Below are positions 9,323 through 19,052 of a stretch of DNA of 64,000 nt, piece by piece (the stretch's first letter is position 1; every line of letters begins with the position of its first letter). The notes under the pieces were generated by a model. The model made no database searches. It worked only from the letters and a program-made list of their open reading frames with translations, and had not been told where the DNA came from. Position numbers and translations under genes: made by a program. The stretch covers positions 7,482-71,481 of the forward strand of contig JACRHH010000024.1 of the NCBI GenBank assembly GCA_016212095.1, read 5' to 3'. This DNA is from Nitrospirota bacterium. GTDB taxonomy: Bacteria; Nitrospirota; Thermodesulfovibrionia; SZUA-242.

Positions 9323-9811
9323 ATGCAAACTATGAACGATAACGACACATCAAAGCTCGAAGCCGTTTTCGAGCGGTATTCAACATCCGGCGGAAACATC
9401 ATCTCCGCCCTTCAGGACATGCAGGAGGAATTCGGCTATATCCCCGAAGACGCCGTTTACATGTTCGCGGACAAGTCCGGAATTCCGGCAAGCAAATTCT
9501 TCGGGGTGGCCACGTTCTATGCCCAGTTCTACCTTCACCCACGCGGCAGGAACATCGTGACAGCATGCTGCGGCACAGCCTGCCACGTGAAGGGCTCCGA
9601 CCGCATAATCTCGCGGCTTACCGACGAGCTTGGCCTGGCCCACGGCGAGCACACTACCAAGGACGGCATGTTCACGCTCGAAAAGGTGGCCTGCGTGGGC
9701 GCGTGCAGCATAGCGCCGGTGGTGATCGTCAACAAGAAGGTGTATGGCAAGATGACGCCGGACAAGACGGTGAAGGAACTCAATACATACAGGGAAGAAA
9801 AAAGTGAGTAA
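9323..9811 (+). CDS. NuoE/HoxE-like [2Fe-2S] thioredoxin-like subunit of NAD-linked formate dehydrogenase (FdsG/HndA-like)
   Basis: Cys motif CGTACHVKGS ... CVGACSIAPV typical of NuoE 24-kDa subunits. Confidence 0.85.
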   Translation: MQTMNDNDTSKLEAVFERYSTSGGNIISALQDMQEEFGYIPEDAVYMFADKSGIPASKFFGVATFYAQFYLHPRGRNIVTACCGTACHVKGSDRIISRLTDELGLAHGEHTTKDGMFTLEKVACVGACSIAPVVIVNKKVYGKMTPDKTVKELNTYREEKSE

Positions 9812-11582
9812 GGAAATTCTTGTAAACGTCTGCATGGGAACAGGCGGCATCGCCGCCGGTGGTGTCGAGGTCATGGAAGCGTTCAAGGCCGGGTTCGCGG
9901 ACGCCGGAATGGATGCGTCGGTTGAAAAGCACTGCGCGGTTCACCAGGTTGGCTGCCGGGGCTTTTGCGCCCGCGACGTGCTTGTCGATGTGGCGATCGA
10001 CGGCAACCGCGCCACATATCAGTACATAAAGCCCGACATGGTTCCGCGCATCATCGAGGAGCATGTGAAGGGTGGCGCGCCGATAGCCGAATGGATGGTC
10101 GGCGACGACTATCACAGCTTCCACGACCGTCAGGTGAAGGTGGTGCTTTCCGACTGTGGCCGGATCAATCCGGAGGATATAGACGAATATATCTCGGTTG
10201 ACGGCTACAAGGCGGCGGCCAGGGTTCTGAATGAGATGTCTCCAGCCGATACCGTTGAGGCGGTAAAGAAATCCGGGCTTCGAGGCCGCGGAGGCGCCGG
10301 ATTTCCTACCGGCGTGAAGTGGGGCTTCTGCGCGGCGAACAAGTCTGACCGGAAGTACATCATCTGCAACGCCGACGAGGGCGACCCCGGCGCGTTCATG
10401 GACAGGTCTGTAATCGAGGGCAACCCCCATGCCGTGATCGAGGGCATGACGATAGGAGCCTACGCAATAGGCGCGGACACCGGATACGTCTACATCAGGG
10501 CCGAATATCCGCTTGCCGTGGAGCGCCTGAAAAAAGCGCTCGCCGATGCGCGGGCGCACGGGTTTCTCGGTCAAGACATACACGGATCGGGCTTCAACTT
10601 CGACATAAAGATAAAACTTGGCGCGGGCGCTTTCGTCTGCGGCGAGGAGACGGCGCTTATCGCATCCATCGAGGGCGAGCGCGGAATGCCGCGCGCGAAG
10701 CCGCCGTTTCCGGCCAACAAGGGGCTTTGGGGCAAGCCGACGGTTATCAACAACGTCGAGACGCTGGCCAACCTGCCGTACATCTTCCGCAGGGGGCCGG
10801 AGTGGTTTGCCTCCCTCGGATCGGAAAAGAGCAAGGGCACTAAGGTGTTCGCCCTCACCGGCAAGATAAAGAACACCGGCCTTATCGAAGTGCCGATGGG
10901 TATTCCGCTGAAGGAGATCATCTACGACATCGGCGGCGGAATCGAGGGCGACAGGCTGTTCAAGGCCGTTCAGACCGGAGGCCCGTCTGGCGGATGCATC
11001 ACAGCCGAGCATATCGATCTTCCGGTCGATTACGAGAATCTGGTGAAAATCGGCTCGATGATGGGATCGGGCGGCATGGTTGTTCTCGACGAGACCGACT
11101 GCATGGTGAACATCGCCAAATTCTTCCTGGAATTCACGCAGGCCGAATCCTGCGGCAAATGCGTGCCGTGCCGGATCGGAACCAAACGCCTTCTGGAAAT
11201 CCTTACGCGCATAACCGAGGGCAACGGACGGCCCGGCGACATCGAGCTTCTTTTGAGCCTCGCCAACGATGTGAAGGATGCAAGCCTCTGCGGCCTTGGA
11301 ATGTCGGCCCCCAACCCGGTGCTTTCGACCATCCGCTATTTCCGTCATGAGTACGAGGCGCATATCCACGACAAGCGCTGTCCGGCTGCGGTCTGCCGCG
11401 CGCTTATCACCTTCATGATCCTCGACGACAAGTGCAAGGGCTGCGGCGTCTGTCTGCGGGCCTGCCCTGCCGGCGCCATTACCGGCGAGAAGAAGAAGCC
11501 GCACTCAATCGACCGCGCCAAATGCGTGAAATGCGGGGCATGTTTCGACGTATGCAAATTCAAGGCTGTGCTGAAGGAGTAG
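9804..11582 (+). CDS. NuoF-like flavoprotein subunit (FMN/NAD-binding, with 2x[4Fe-4S] C-terminal ferredoxin domain) of NAD-linked formate dehydrogenase (FdsB/HndC-like)
   Basis: GLRGRGGAGFPTGVKWG FMN/NADH-binding motif, C-terminal CxxCxxCxxxCP x2. Overlaps the nuoE-like gene by 8 nt. Confidence 0.9.
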   Translation: MSKEILVNVCMGTGGIAAGGVEVMEAFKAGFADAGMDASVEKHCAVHQVGCRGFCARDVLVDVAIDGNRATYQYIKPDMVPRIIEEHVKGGAPIAEWMVGDDYHSFHDRQVKVVLSDCGRINPEDIDEYISVDGYKAAARVLNEMSPADTVEAVKKSGLRGRGGAGFPTGVKWGFCAANKSDRKYIICNADEGDPGAFMDRSVIEGNPHAVIEGMTIGAYAIGADTGYVYIRAEYPLAVERLKKALADARAHGFLGQDIHGSGFNFDIKIKLGAGAFVCGEETALIASIEGERGMPRAKPPFPANKGLWGKPTVINNVETLANLPYIFRRGPEWFASLGSEKSKGTKVFALTGKIKNTGLIEVPMGIPLKEIIYDIGGGIEGDRLFKAVQTGGPSGGCITAEHIDLPVDYENLVKIGSMMGSGGMVVLDETDCMVNIAKFFLEFTQAESCGKCVPCRIGTKRLLEILTRITEGNGRPGDIELLLSLANDVKDASLCGLGMSAPNPVLSTIRYFRHEYEAHIHDKRCPAAVCRALITFMILDDKCKGCGVCLRACPAGAITGEKKKPHSIDRAKCVKCGACFDVCKFKAVLKE

Positions 11583-11589
11583 GCTTGTA

Positions 11590-14283
11590 ATGATAAACCT
11601 TACGATAGATGGAAAAACGATTAGCGTTTCCGATGGCGCTACAGTGCTGGAAGCGGCCCGCGCGGCAGGGATAGAAATTCCGACCCTCTGCCACGACCCA
11701 CGGCTCAAGCCATACGGCGGATGCCGCCTCTGCATTGTCGAGATTGCCGGGGTTCCGAGACCGGTAACCTCATGCACGACGCCGGCAACCGACGGCATGA
11801 CCGTTACAACAAGCAGCGAACGGCTTTTCAACCTGCGGCGCACTGTCGTTGAGCTTCTGCTTTCGGATCATCCCAACGACTGCATGGTCTGCGAGCGGGC
11901 GGGCGACTGCTCGTTGCAGGAACTGGCCTATTTCTACGGCCTGCGCGAAAACCGGTTTTGGGGCGAGCGGCGGCGCTACCCGAAGCAGGACATGAACCCT
12001 GTCATCAAGCGCGACATGGAAAAATGCGTTCTCTGCGGCAAGTGCGTTCGCGTCTGCGACGAGGTGCAGGGCGTGGGCGCGATCGATCTGGCCTATCGCG
12101 GCTTCGGCGCGAAGGTCTGCCCGCCGTTTGAAAAGGATCTGGACTGCGAGTTCTGCGGGCAGTGCGTATCGATCTGCCCTACCGGCGCTCTCTCCGGACG
12201 GATGTGGGCCGGAAAGGGCCGCCAGAAAGACGTGAAGGAGACCGAAACGGTCTGCCCGTACTGCGGCTGCGGCTGCGTGCTCACGCTGCATACGGCCGGA
12301 AACCGGGTGATCCGTGTTTCCTCGAAGGTCGATACCCCCAACGAAGGCTGGCTCTGCCCCAAGGGACGGTTCGGCTACGAATTCATCAACCGCCCCGACC
12401 GCCTCACAACGCCGCTTGTCCGGCGGGAAAAGGGCGGGGCGCTGGAACCGGCGTCGTGGGACGAGGCGCTCGATCTGGTTGCCGCCAGGCTTGGGGCTAT
12501 AAAAGATGCCCACGGGCCAGATGCGCTTGGCGGCCTTGCCTCGGCGCGCTGCACCAACGAGGAAAATTACGCCTTCCAGAAATTCTTCCGCGCGGGGATC
12601 GGCACAAACAACGTCGATCACTGCGCGCGGTATTGACACAGCGCCACTGTGGCCGGTCTGGCCACCGTATTTGGTTCGGGCGCAATGACCAACTCCATCG
12701 CCGAAATCGAGAACAACGACGCGCTTTTCGTGATCGGCTCGAACACCACCGAGTGCCATCCCATTGTTGCGCTCCGGATGAAGAAGGCGGCGCGCAAGGG
12801 CGCGAAGCTGATAATCGCCGATCCGCGCAGGATTCCGCTTGTGAAATTCGCCACGCTCTGGCTGCGGCACAGGCCGGGAACCGACGTTGCGCTCATGAAC
12901 TCGATCATGCATGTGATCCTTGCCGAAGGGCTGGAAGATAAAAATTTCATCGATTCCCGCACCGAGGGATTCGAAGAATTCCGCAAGGCAATCGCGCAAT
13001 TCACGCCGGAATACGGCGAAAAGATCACCGGCGTTCCGGCTGCCGACATAGTGAAGGCGGCGCGCACCTACGCGGGCGCAAAAAACGCCGGAATCTACTA
13101 CACGATGGGCATAACCCAGCATTCGATGGGCACGAATAACGTGTGGTCGGTGGCGAACATGGCGCTTCTTACCGGCAATCTGGGCAAGGAGTCGGCGGGC
13201 GTGAACCCGCTTCGCGGCCAGAACAACGTGCAGGGCGCATCCGACATGGCCTGCGCTCCGGCGGTGCTTCCAGGCTACCAGAAGGTTGCGGACGAGGCGG
13301 TAAGGAAAAAATTCGAGGCGGTCTGGGGCGGCGCGCTTCCCGCCGAACCGGGGCTTACCGCAACCGAGATGACCGACGCGATCATCGGCGGCAGGATTAA
13401 GGGGCTTTACATCATGGGCGAAAACCCGGTGATCTCCGACCCGCACATGGCGCATACCCTGAAGGCATTGAAAAAACTTGATTTCCTTGTCGTCCAGGAT
13501 ATTTTCATGACCGAAACCGCCGAGCTTGCCGACGTGGTGCTGCCTGCCTCCTCGTTTGCCGAGAAGGATGGCACGTTCACAAATACTGAGCGGCGCGTTC
13601 AGAGGGTTCGCAAGGCTGTCGATTCGCCGGGCGATGCGAAGGACGATCTTTCGATAATCCGCGCGGTTGCGGCCCGTGCCGGCTACGATTTGGGCCCGGC
13701 GTCGGCTGCCGATGTTTTCCGCGAAATTTCAGCGCTCTGGCCCGCGATGGCCGGAATGACTTACCGGCGACTGGATTCGGGCGGCCTTCAGTGGCCTTGC
13801 CCCACGGACGATCATCCGGGCACGCCGTATCTGTTCAAGGATGTTTTCCCGCGCGGAAAGGGCGCGTTTTCGCCGATTCCGTACATCGAGTCGAAAGAGC
13901 TTCCGGATGAGGCATACCCGTTTGTCCTTACAACCGGAAGGATTCTGTTCCAGTACCACACCGGAACGATGACGCGGCGTTCAGATGCGCTTGAGGCGGT
14001 GGCGCCGGAGCCGTTTATCGAGATCAGCCGCGAGGACGCGCGGAGGCTCGGCATTGCCGATGCCGGGATGCTCTCCGTCTCGTCACGCAGGGGGAGCTTG
14101 CAGGTCAAGGCAATGGTGACCGACCGCGTGGCTCCGGGCGTGGTGTTCATGCCGTTTCATTACCACGAGGCGGCGGCGAATGTGTTGACAAATGACGCGC
14201 TCGATCCGGTGTGCAAGATACCGGAGGCGAAGGTTTGCGCTGTAAGAATCGAGAAGACGGCGGAGGTTGCGGCCGGCGTCTGA
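11590..14283 (+). CDS. fdhA: formate dehydrogenase catalytic subunit (FdhA/FdsA-like, NuoG-like N-terminus), selenocysteine-containing with in-frame TGA at 12634-12636
   Basis: ORFs 11590-12636 and 12649-14283 are in the same frame, separated only by TGA. Context ...[16 protein letters not shown] matches the Sec/Cys active-site region of Mo/W-bis-MGD formate dehydrogenases. N-terminal 2Fe-2S and 4Fe-4S motifs. Confidence 0.85.
12637..12680 (+). other. candidate bacterial SECIS stem-loops immediately 3' of the Sec UGA
   Basis: Hairpins GCCACTGTGGC (12643-12653) and GGCCggtctGGCC (12651-12663) begin 7 nt after UGA. Fold not computed. Confidence 0.4.
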
Positions 14284-14290
14284 CCGGATA

Positions 14291-14307
14291 TTCGAAATAA
14301 TTTCGAA
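14291..14307. promoter_or_regulatory. 17-bp perfect palindrome TTCGAAAT-A-ATTTCGAA between fdhA and fhs (candidate operator)
   Basis: Read directly. Lies 35 nt upstream of the fhs RBS (AAGGAGGAG). Confidence 0.4.
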
Positions 14308-14341
14308 ATCAATCATATCCGTAAGGAGGAGAGTCTGTACC

Positions 14342-16105
14342 ATGCCATTGGATCCGACAAAACATCAGGACTGGGAAATTGCCGAGGCAGCCGAGAAGCA
14401 CATGAAGACGGTCTATCAGCTTGCCGAGGAGCTTGGGCTGGAGAAGGAGGAGCTTCTGCCGCACGGCCACTATGTTGCGAAGCTCGACTTCAAGAAGATT
14501 TTAAAGAGGCTTGAAAACAAGCCGGACGGCAAATATGTTGACGTGACGGCGATCACGCCAACGCCGCTTGGCGAGGGAAAGTCCACCACAACCATGGGCC
14601 TCACGCAGGGTCTTGGCAAGCGCGGCAAGAGCGTTATCGCCGCCATTCGCCAGCCTTCCGGCGGGCCCACGATGAACATCAAGGGCTCGGCGGCGGGAGG
14701 CGGACTTTCGCAGTGCGTGCCGCTCACGCCGTTTTCGCTTGGTCTCACCGGCGACATCAACGCCATCATGAACGCGCACAACCTGGCGATGGTTGCAGTG
14801 ACCAGCCGTATGCAGCACGAGTTCAACTATAACGACGCGCAGCTTGAAAAGCGCGGCCTCAAAAGGCTCGACATCGACCCGCGCAACGTTGAGATGAAGT
14901 GGATCATCGACTTCTGCGCGCAGGCGCTTCGCGACATCATCATCGGACAGGGCGGAAAGAGCGACGGCTTCATGATGCGCTCCGGTTTCGCCATCGCGGT
15001 GTCGTCCGAGGTCATGGCCATTCTTGCCGTTGCCAAGGATCTCAAGGACATGCGCGAGCGCATGGGCCGCATCGTTGTTGCGTACAGCAAGTCGGGCGCT
15101 CCGGTGACAACCGAAGACCTCGGCGTTGCCGGCGCGATGACGGCATGGATGGTCGAGGCGCTTAACCCGAACCTCATGCAGACGATCGAGGGCCAGCCCG
15201 TGCTGGTACACGCAGGGCCTTTCGCGAACATCGCCATCGGCCAGTCTTCGATCATCGCGGATCGTGTGGGATTAAAACTTGCCGACTACAACGTGACCGA
15301 GTCGGGCTTCGCCGCCGACATCGGTTTCGAAAAATTCTGGAACCTCAAATGCCGCTTTTCGGGCCTCAAGCCGAACGCGGCTGTTCTTGTCGCCACAATC
15401 CGGGCGCTCAAGTGCCACGGCGGCGCGCCGATTCCGGTTCCGGGCAAGCCGCTTCCGGAAGAGTACAGGGGCGAGAACGTGGGATGGGTAGAGAAGGGCT
15501 GCGACAACCTGATTCACCTCGTAAACGTGGTGAAAAAGGCGGGCATCAACCCGGTGGTCTGCATCAACGCCTTCTACACCGATACCGACAACGAGATCAA
15601 GGCAGTGCGCCGCATAGCCGAGGCCGCTGGAGCGCGCGTTGCGCTTTCGAAGCACTGGCAGTACGGTGGCGACGGCGCGCTTGAGCTTGCCGACGCCGTG
15701 GTTGACGCATGCAACGAGCCGAACAATTTCAAATTCCTTTACGAACTCGACACGCCGCTCCGGAAGCGCATCGAGCTTATCGCAACCGAGGTTTACGGCG
15801 CGGACGGCGTGGACTACTCCGCCGAAGCCCTTAAAAAGGCCGAACGCATGGAGGCCGATCCGGAGACCGCGAAGCTTGGAACCTGCATGGTGAAGACCCA
15901 TCTTTCGCTCTCCGACAACCCGACCAAAAAGGGCGTGCCGAAGGGCTGGAGGCTGCACATCCGCGACATCCTCACCTTCAAGGGCGCGGGATTCGTTGTT
16001 CCGGTCGCGGGCTCGATCACGCTCATGCCCGGCACGGCGTCCGATCCGGCCTACCGCCGCGTTGACGTTGACGTTGAAACCGGCAAGGTGAAGGGCGTGT
16101 TTTAA
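14342..16105 (+). CDS. fhs: formate--tetrahydrofolate ligase
   Basis: [17 protein letters not shown]... and the [16 protein letters not shown]-loop of Fhs. Start ATG 14342 is preceded by GTAAGGAGGAG. The ORF-track start at 14267 overlaps the fdhA end. Confidence 0.9.
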   Translation: MPLDPTKHQDWEIAEAAEKHMKTVYQLAEELGLEKEELLPHGHYVAKLDFKKILKRLENKPDGKYVDVTAITPTPLGEGKSTTTMGLTQGLGKRGKSVIAAIRQPSGGPTMNIKGSAAGGGLSQCVPLTPFSLGLTGDINAIMNAHNLAMVAVTSRMQHEFNYNDAQLEKRGLKRLDIDPRNVEMKWIIDFCAQALRDIIIGQGGKSDGFMMRSGFAIAVSSEVMAILAVAKDLKDMRERMGRIVVAYSKSGAPVTTEDLGVAGAMTAWMVEALNPNLMQTIEGQPVLVHAGPFANIAIGQSSIIADRVGLKLADYNVTESGFAADIGFEKFWNLKCRFSGLKPNAAVLVATIRALKCHGGAPIPVPGKPLPEEYRGENVGWVEKGCDNLIHLVNVVKKAGINPVVCINAFYTDTDNEIKAVRRIAEAAGARVALSKHWQYGGDGALELADAVVDACNEPNNFKFLYELDTPLRKRIELIATEVYGADGVDYSAEALKKAERMEADPETAKLGTCMVKTHLSLSDNPTKKGVPKGWRLHIRDILTFKGAGFVVPVAGSITLMPGTASDPAYRRVDVDVETGKVKGVF

Positions 16106-16138
16106 GCCCAAGCCATAAGCTGCTGGATTATTGCACGA

Positions 16139-16169
16139 AAACGGCGGCCTGAAAAGGCCGCCGTTTTAT
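16139..16169 (+). terminator. rho-independent terminator after fhs
   Basis: AACGGCGGCC-tgaaaa-GGCCGCCGTT followed by TTTATG. Confidence 0.7.
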
Positions 16170-16229
16170 GTGGGGGAGAGAGATTTTTCGCGTATTGCCA
16201 ATCTGTACGGATGTGCATACAATAACCAA

Positions 16230-16492
16230 ATGAACTATGAATGGGATCCCGCCAAGGCGAGAGCCAATCTCCGTAAGCATGGCATGGATTTCGCCGCCGC
16301 CGCCACGGTTTTTTGGATGATAACGCACTCACGATTCCGGATGACCATGCCGGGGAGGAACGTTTCATAACGATTGGAGCTGATGCAACGGGAAGAATCC
16401 TCGTGGTCGTATTCACCTTGCGAGGTCAAAATATTCGCATTATTTCGGCGCGTAGGGCCGAAAGTCATGAAAGATTGCAGTATGAGGGTTAA
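16230..16492 (+). pseudogene. brnT: BrnT-family ribonuclease toxin (DUF497), frameshifted in a T6 homopolymer at 16309-16314
   Basis: N-terminus MNYEWDPAKARANLRKHGMDFAAAATVF is in one frame. The conserved C-terminus DDNALTIPDDHAGEERFITIGADATGRILVVVFTLRGQNIRIISARRAESHERLQYEG is in the +1 frame. A T7 run would restore ...TVFLDDN... Confidence 0.75.
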
Positions 16493-16495
16493 GCC

Positions 16496-16783
16496 ATGAA
16501 AGCAAATTACGATTTCAGCCAAGGGCGACGCGGGGCGCTTGATCCGATGCCGAGCGGTAAAACGCGGATCACGATTCGGATCGATGACGATTTATTGGAC
16601 TGGTTTCGTGGTGAAGTTCATGCGGCTGGCGGCGGCAGCTACCAGACGCTCATAAATAATGCCTTACGCGAATACGTTCAAAGCCGCAAGCAGCCATTGG
16701 AAGATATTCTGCGCCGCATAGTTCGGGAAGAATTGACGGCGTCGAAAGGCGAAAACGAAGACAAAATGGCTGTTGCCGGATAA
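16496..16783 (+). CDS. brnA: BrnA antitoxin (CopG/RHH-like)
   Basis: MKANYDFSQGRRGALDPMP...RITIRIDDDLLDWFRGEV...YQTLINNALREYV is the canonical BrnA pattern. Starts 4 nt after brnT. Confidence 0.85.
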   Translation: MKANYDFSQGRRGALDPMPSGKTRITIRIDDDLLDWFRGEVHAAGGGSYQTLINNALREYVQSRKQPLEDILRRIVREELTASKGENEDKMAVAG

Positions 16784-16854
16784 TTTCATTTCCAGATCAA
16801 ACGTTCAACAACCCCTCCCAAACCAAGGGCAGGGGAAATTCCTGCGTGGCAGGA

Positions 16855-18171
16855 TTACGGGGCGGAATGGAATTCCGTCAACATCGACGCCCCAAGCGTC
16901 CGGTCGAGATATTCCTTCCTGCAATCAAGGCGCGAGGCGTCGCCGAATTCGGCAAGCGCCGAGTATCGGCAGCCGCCAAAGCAGAGCGGCAGGTAGGCGC
17001 AGCCGAGGCATTCGTCGTTCTTCCACACTCCGGGCGCGTATGCAGAGCCGTTGTCTGAGATGCCGCCCCGCACATCCCCAAGCCGGAAGCGCTCCATGCC
17101 TATAAGCGCCGGACAGCGGTAGATGCCGCCGTCGTGGTTTATCACGAACATATGATCGCGCTCCACCTGACAGACCGACGGGCCAGGTGAAGCCTTCTTG
17201 TAACCGCGCCTGAAAACCGCCGCATTTAACGCAAGATCGGCCTCGGCCATCCACTGCTCGGATGACGAAACACAGCCGTCGCAAGCCAACGACGACATTT
17301 TGTCGTCGCGGTAACTGCCGGGAACCTCAGAACCAGCAACCTTCATCACCGGAAAAAACCGCAGTTGGGCTATCTGCTCCGGCCCAAGCCCCCTCTCCTC
17401 CAGAATGTCGATAAGCTCCGGAAACCGCCTCCAGTTGCTTCGCCCGTAGTTGCCTCCGATGCCCACACGGGCGATGTCCCATATTTCGCTTATGTTTCCG
17501 GTGATTGCATCGAAACTTCCGCCGCCGTTCTTAAACGGTCGCGTCTGGTTGTGCATATCGGGCGGGCCGTCCAGGGTGATCTTTGCCCCGGCGAATCCGA
17601 GCGGGTTTAGTTCCTCCACGACGCGGCGCGTGAGAAGCGAGCCGTTGGTTACGAGCGTGAAGCTGAATTCCGCGCCATTTCCCTCGGCAAATGCCTTCGT
17701 TTTTCCGGCGATGCGCTTTATCGTCTGGCGGGCAAGAAGCGGCTCGCCGCCGTAGAAGTCGATGTTGATCTTGTTGATTTCGTTTGTAAATTTAGCCTTG
17801 ATGAACTCGACGACTTGATCCGCCGTCTCGTCCGTCATGTAGTGGCGGCCCTTGATGTCGCGCTCGTAACAGTAGACGCAGGCGAAGTTGCAGTCCAGGT
17901 TCACGATCACGGAGATGTTCATGGTGGTTGAAAGCCGGTTCAATTCATCAACGAAACCGAGCATTTCGCGCCGTTCGGCGTCGAGGTCGTCAACGATCAT
18001 TCCAAGCCGTGCAAGCGTTGCGTGTTCTTTCTCGCCGAGCGCGCCGTTTTCGGCGGCCTCAAGCGTGTTTTTGTGAACCACCGCCTTCGAGGCGCGTTTT
18101 GTGGAAAAAAGTATGACGTGATCGGGCTTGCTTGGGTGGGGGAAGGATTTTAAGTAGCAGGAAAGGGGCAT
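16855..18171 (-). CDS. radical SAM / SPASM-domain peptide-modifying maturase (anSME-like) with ~95-aa N-terminal extension (possible RRE/PqqD-like domain)
   Basis: CxxxCxxC (LDCNFACVYCYE) at residues ~105-112. C-terminal Cys-rich SPASM region (CDGC..., CQVERDH..., CPAL..., CLGCAYLPLCFGGCRY). RBS GGAG present. Alternative internal start MNISVIV would give a canonical-length enzyme. Confidence 0.8.
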   Translation of the reverse strand: MPLSCYLKSFPHPSKPDHVILFSTKRASKAVVHKNTLEAAENGALGEKEHATLARLGMIVDDLDAERREMLGFVDELNRLSTTMNISVIVNLDCNFACVYCYERDIKGRHYMTDETADQVVEFIKAKFTNEINKINIDFYGGEPLLARQTIKRIAGKTKAFAEGNGAEFSFTLVTNGSLLTRRVVEELNPLGFAGAKITLDGPPDMHNQTRPFKNGGGSFDAITGNISEIWDIARVGIGGNYGRSNWRRFPELIDILEERGLGPEQIAQLRFFPVMKVAGSEVPGSYRDDKMSSLACDGCVSSSEQWMAEADLALNAAVFRRGYKKASPGPSVCQVERDHMFVINHDGGIYRCPALIGMERFRLGDVRGGISDNGSAYAPGVWKNDECLGCAYLPLCFGGCRYSALAEFGDASRLDCRKEYLDRTLGASMLTEFHSAP

Positions 18172-18261
18172 TGGGGGGAATCTCCTTTTTTGATAGTGAA
18201 CTTATAATTCCATCGATGTCTGAACCACAGATTAACGCAGATCAAATAGATGTCACAGATT

Positions 18262-18306
18262 AAATCAGCGCAATCAGCGCAATCATTGCAATCCATTCAA
18301 TCTGCG
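18262..18306. promoter_or_regulatory. five consecutive 9-bp phased repeats (AATCAGCGC AATCAGCGC AATCATTGC AATCCATTC AATCTGCGG) in the divergent region between the rSAM gene and the HTH regulator
   Basis: Read directly. AATC recurs every 9 bp, on the local AT-rich background. Confidence 0.5.
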
Positions 18307-18473
18307 GTTCAGGCGACAAGGTTTTCCCCGCATTTTAGCAAGCATTTTCCCGCTTTTGCTCATGCGGTAATGATACTGCATGTGACATTACACGGCAAGC
18401 GTTACGGCCCCGCCTTTCCATCACTTGTGTATTTCAACTTGCCCTTTGTTCGCAATTGGGCTAACTTAATGAC

Positions 18474-18809
18474 ATGCGAAAAATAGTCTTCTATCGCTTC
18501 GAGAATGGCGAATGCCCGGTTCAGGAGACCTGTATGAGTGACTTGCAGAAGTATAAGAACAAGCGATTTAAGGAAGATCCTGAATTCTGGCGGAATTACA
18601 ACGAGCGCTTTGAAACCTTCAAGCTTGGGGTGCTCTTGAAACAGGCTCGCGTGGAAGCCGGGATGACACAGGAGCAGATTGCCCATGAACTCCAAACCAC
18701 AAAATCCGTCATTTCCCGAATGGAGAACCATGCCATCGATATCCGTTTATCCACCCTTGAGAAGTTTGCCAAAGCGGTTGGCCGACATATCCATGTTGCC
18801 TTGGTTTAA
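18474..18809 (+). CDS. XRE-family helix-turn-helix transcriptional regulator (HigA/antitoxin-like)
   Basis: HTH segment KLGVLLKQARVEAGMTQEQIAHELQTTKSVISRMEN. Short N-terminal segment with 2 Cys. Confidence 0.7.
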   Translation: MRKIVFYRFENGECPVQETCMSDLQKYKNKRFKEDPEFWRNYNERFETFKLGVLLKQARVEAGMTQEQIAHELQTTKSVISRMENHAIDIRLSTLEKFAKAVGRHIHVALV

Positions 18810-18835
18810 AACCGCACGCCTTCCCCGCCTCTTCC

Positions 18836-18867
18836 GGGAGCGTCCCTCCACGCTCCCGTGCCTTTTG
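18836..18867. terminator. bidirectional rho-independent terminator between the HTH gene (+) and the small peptide gene (-)
   Basis: GGGAGCGT-ccctcc-ACGCTCCC followed by GTGCCTTTT on + strand. T-rich run also on the minus-strand side. Confidence 0.6.
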
Positions 18868-18879
18868 GCTGGTGTTTGC

Positions 18880-18996
18880 CTACCTTAACGCCGCCGACGA
18901 CTGTTTGCAGCACTCCGTAGTCTCGGCGATTTCCTCCATCGACACGCCTTCGTCCAGCACAACGATCACTTCCTTCTGCTCCTCGATCTCTTCCAT
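18880..18996 (-). CDS. 38-aa acidic Cys-Cys peptide MEEIEEQKEVIVVLDEGVSMEEIAETTECCKQSSAALR (candidate RiPP precursor / small secreted peptide)
   Basis: Strong RBS AAGGAGGTTT 6 nt upstream of ATG 18996. 57 nt downstream of the TonB receptor stop, same strand. The 68-aa ORF-track version starts inside the receptor gene. Confidence 0.5.
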   Translation of the reverse strand: MEEIEEQKEVIVVLDEGVSMEEIAETTECCKQSSAALR

Positions 18997-19052
18997 GCGA
19001 AAACCTCCTTGAAGCGATGAGATAAGAACCGGCAATGCCGGTAAATGAAACG

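Noticed and set aside
9780-11504. 574-aa ORF on the minus strand
   Set aside because: Entirely antisense to the well-supported nuoF-like gene. Low-complexity Arg/Ala/Gly-rich translation typical of GC-rich antisense frames.
11770-13455. 561-aa minus-strand ORF
   Set aside because: Antisense to fdhA. No recognisable domains. GC-driven open frame.
18250-18486. 78-aa ORF starting MSQIKSAQSAQSLQSIQS
   Set aside because: Its N-terminus is a read-through of the 9-bp AATC repeat array. No RBS. Treated as a regulatory region.
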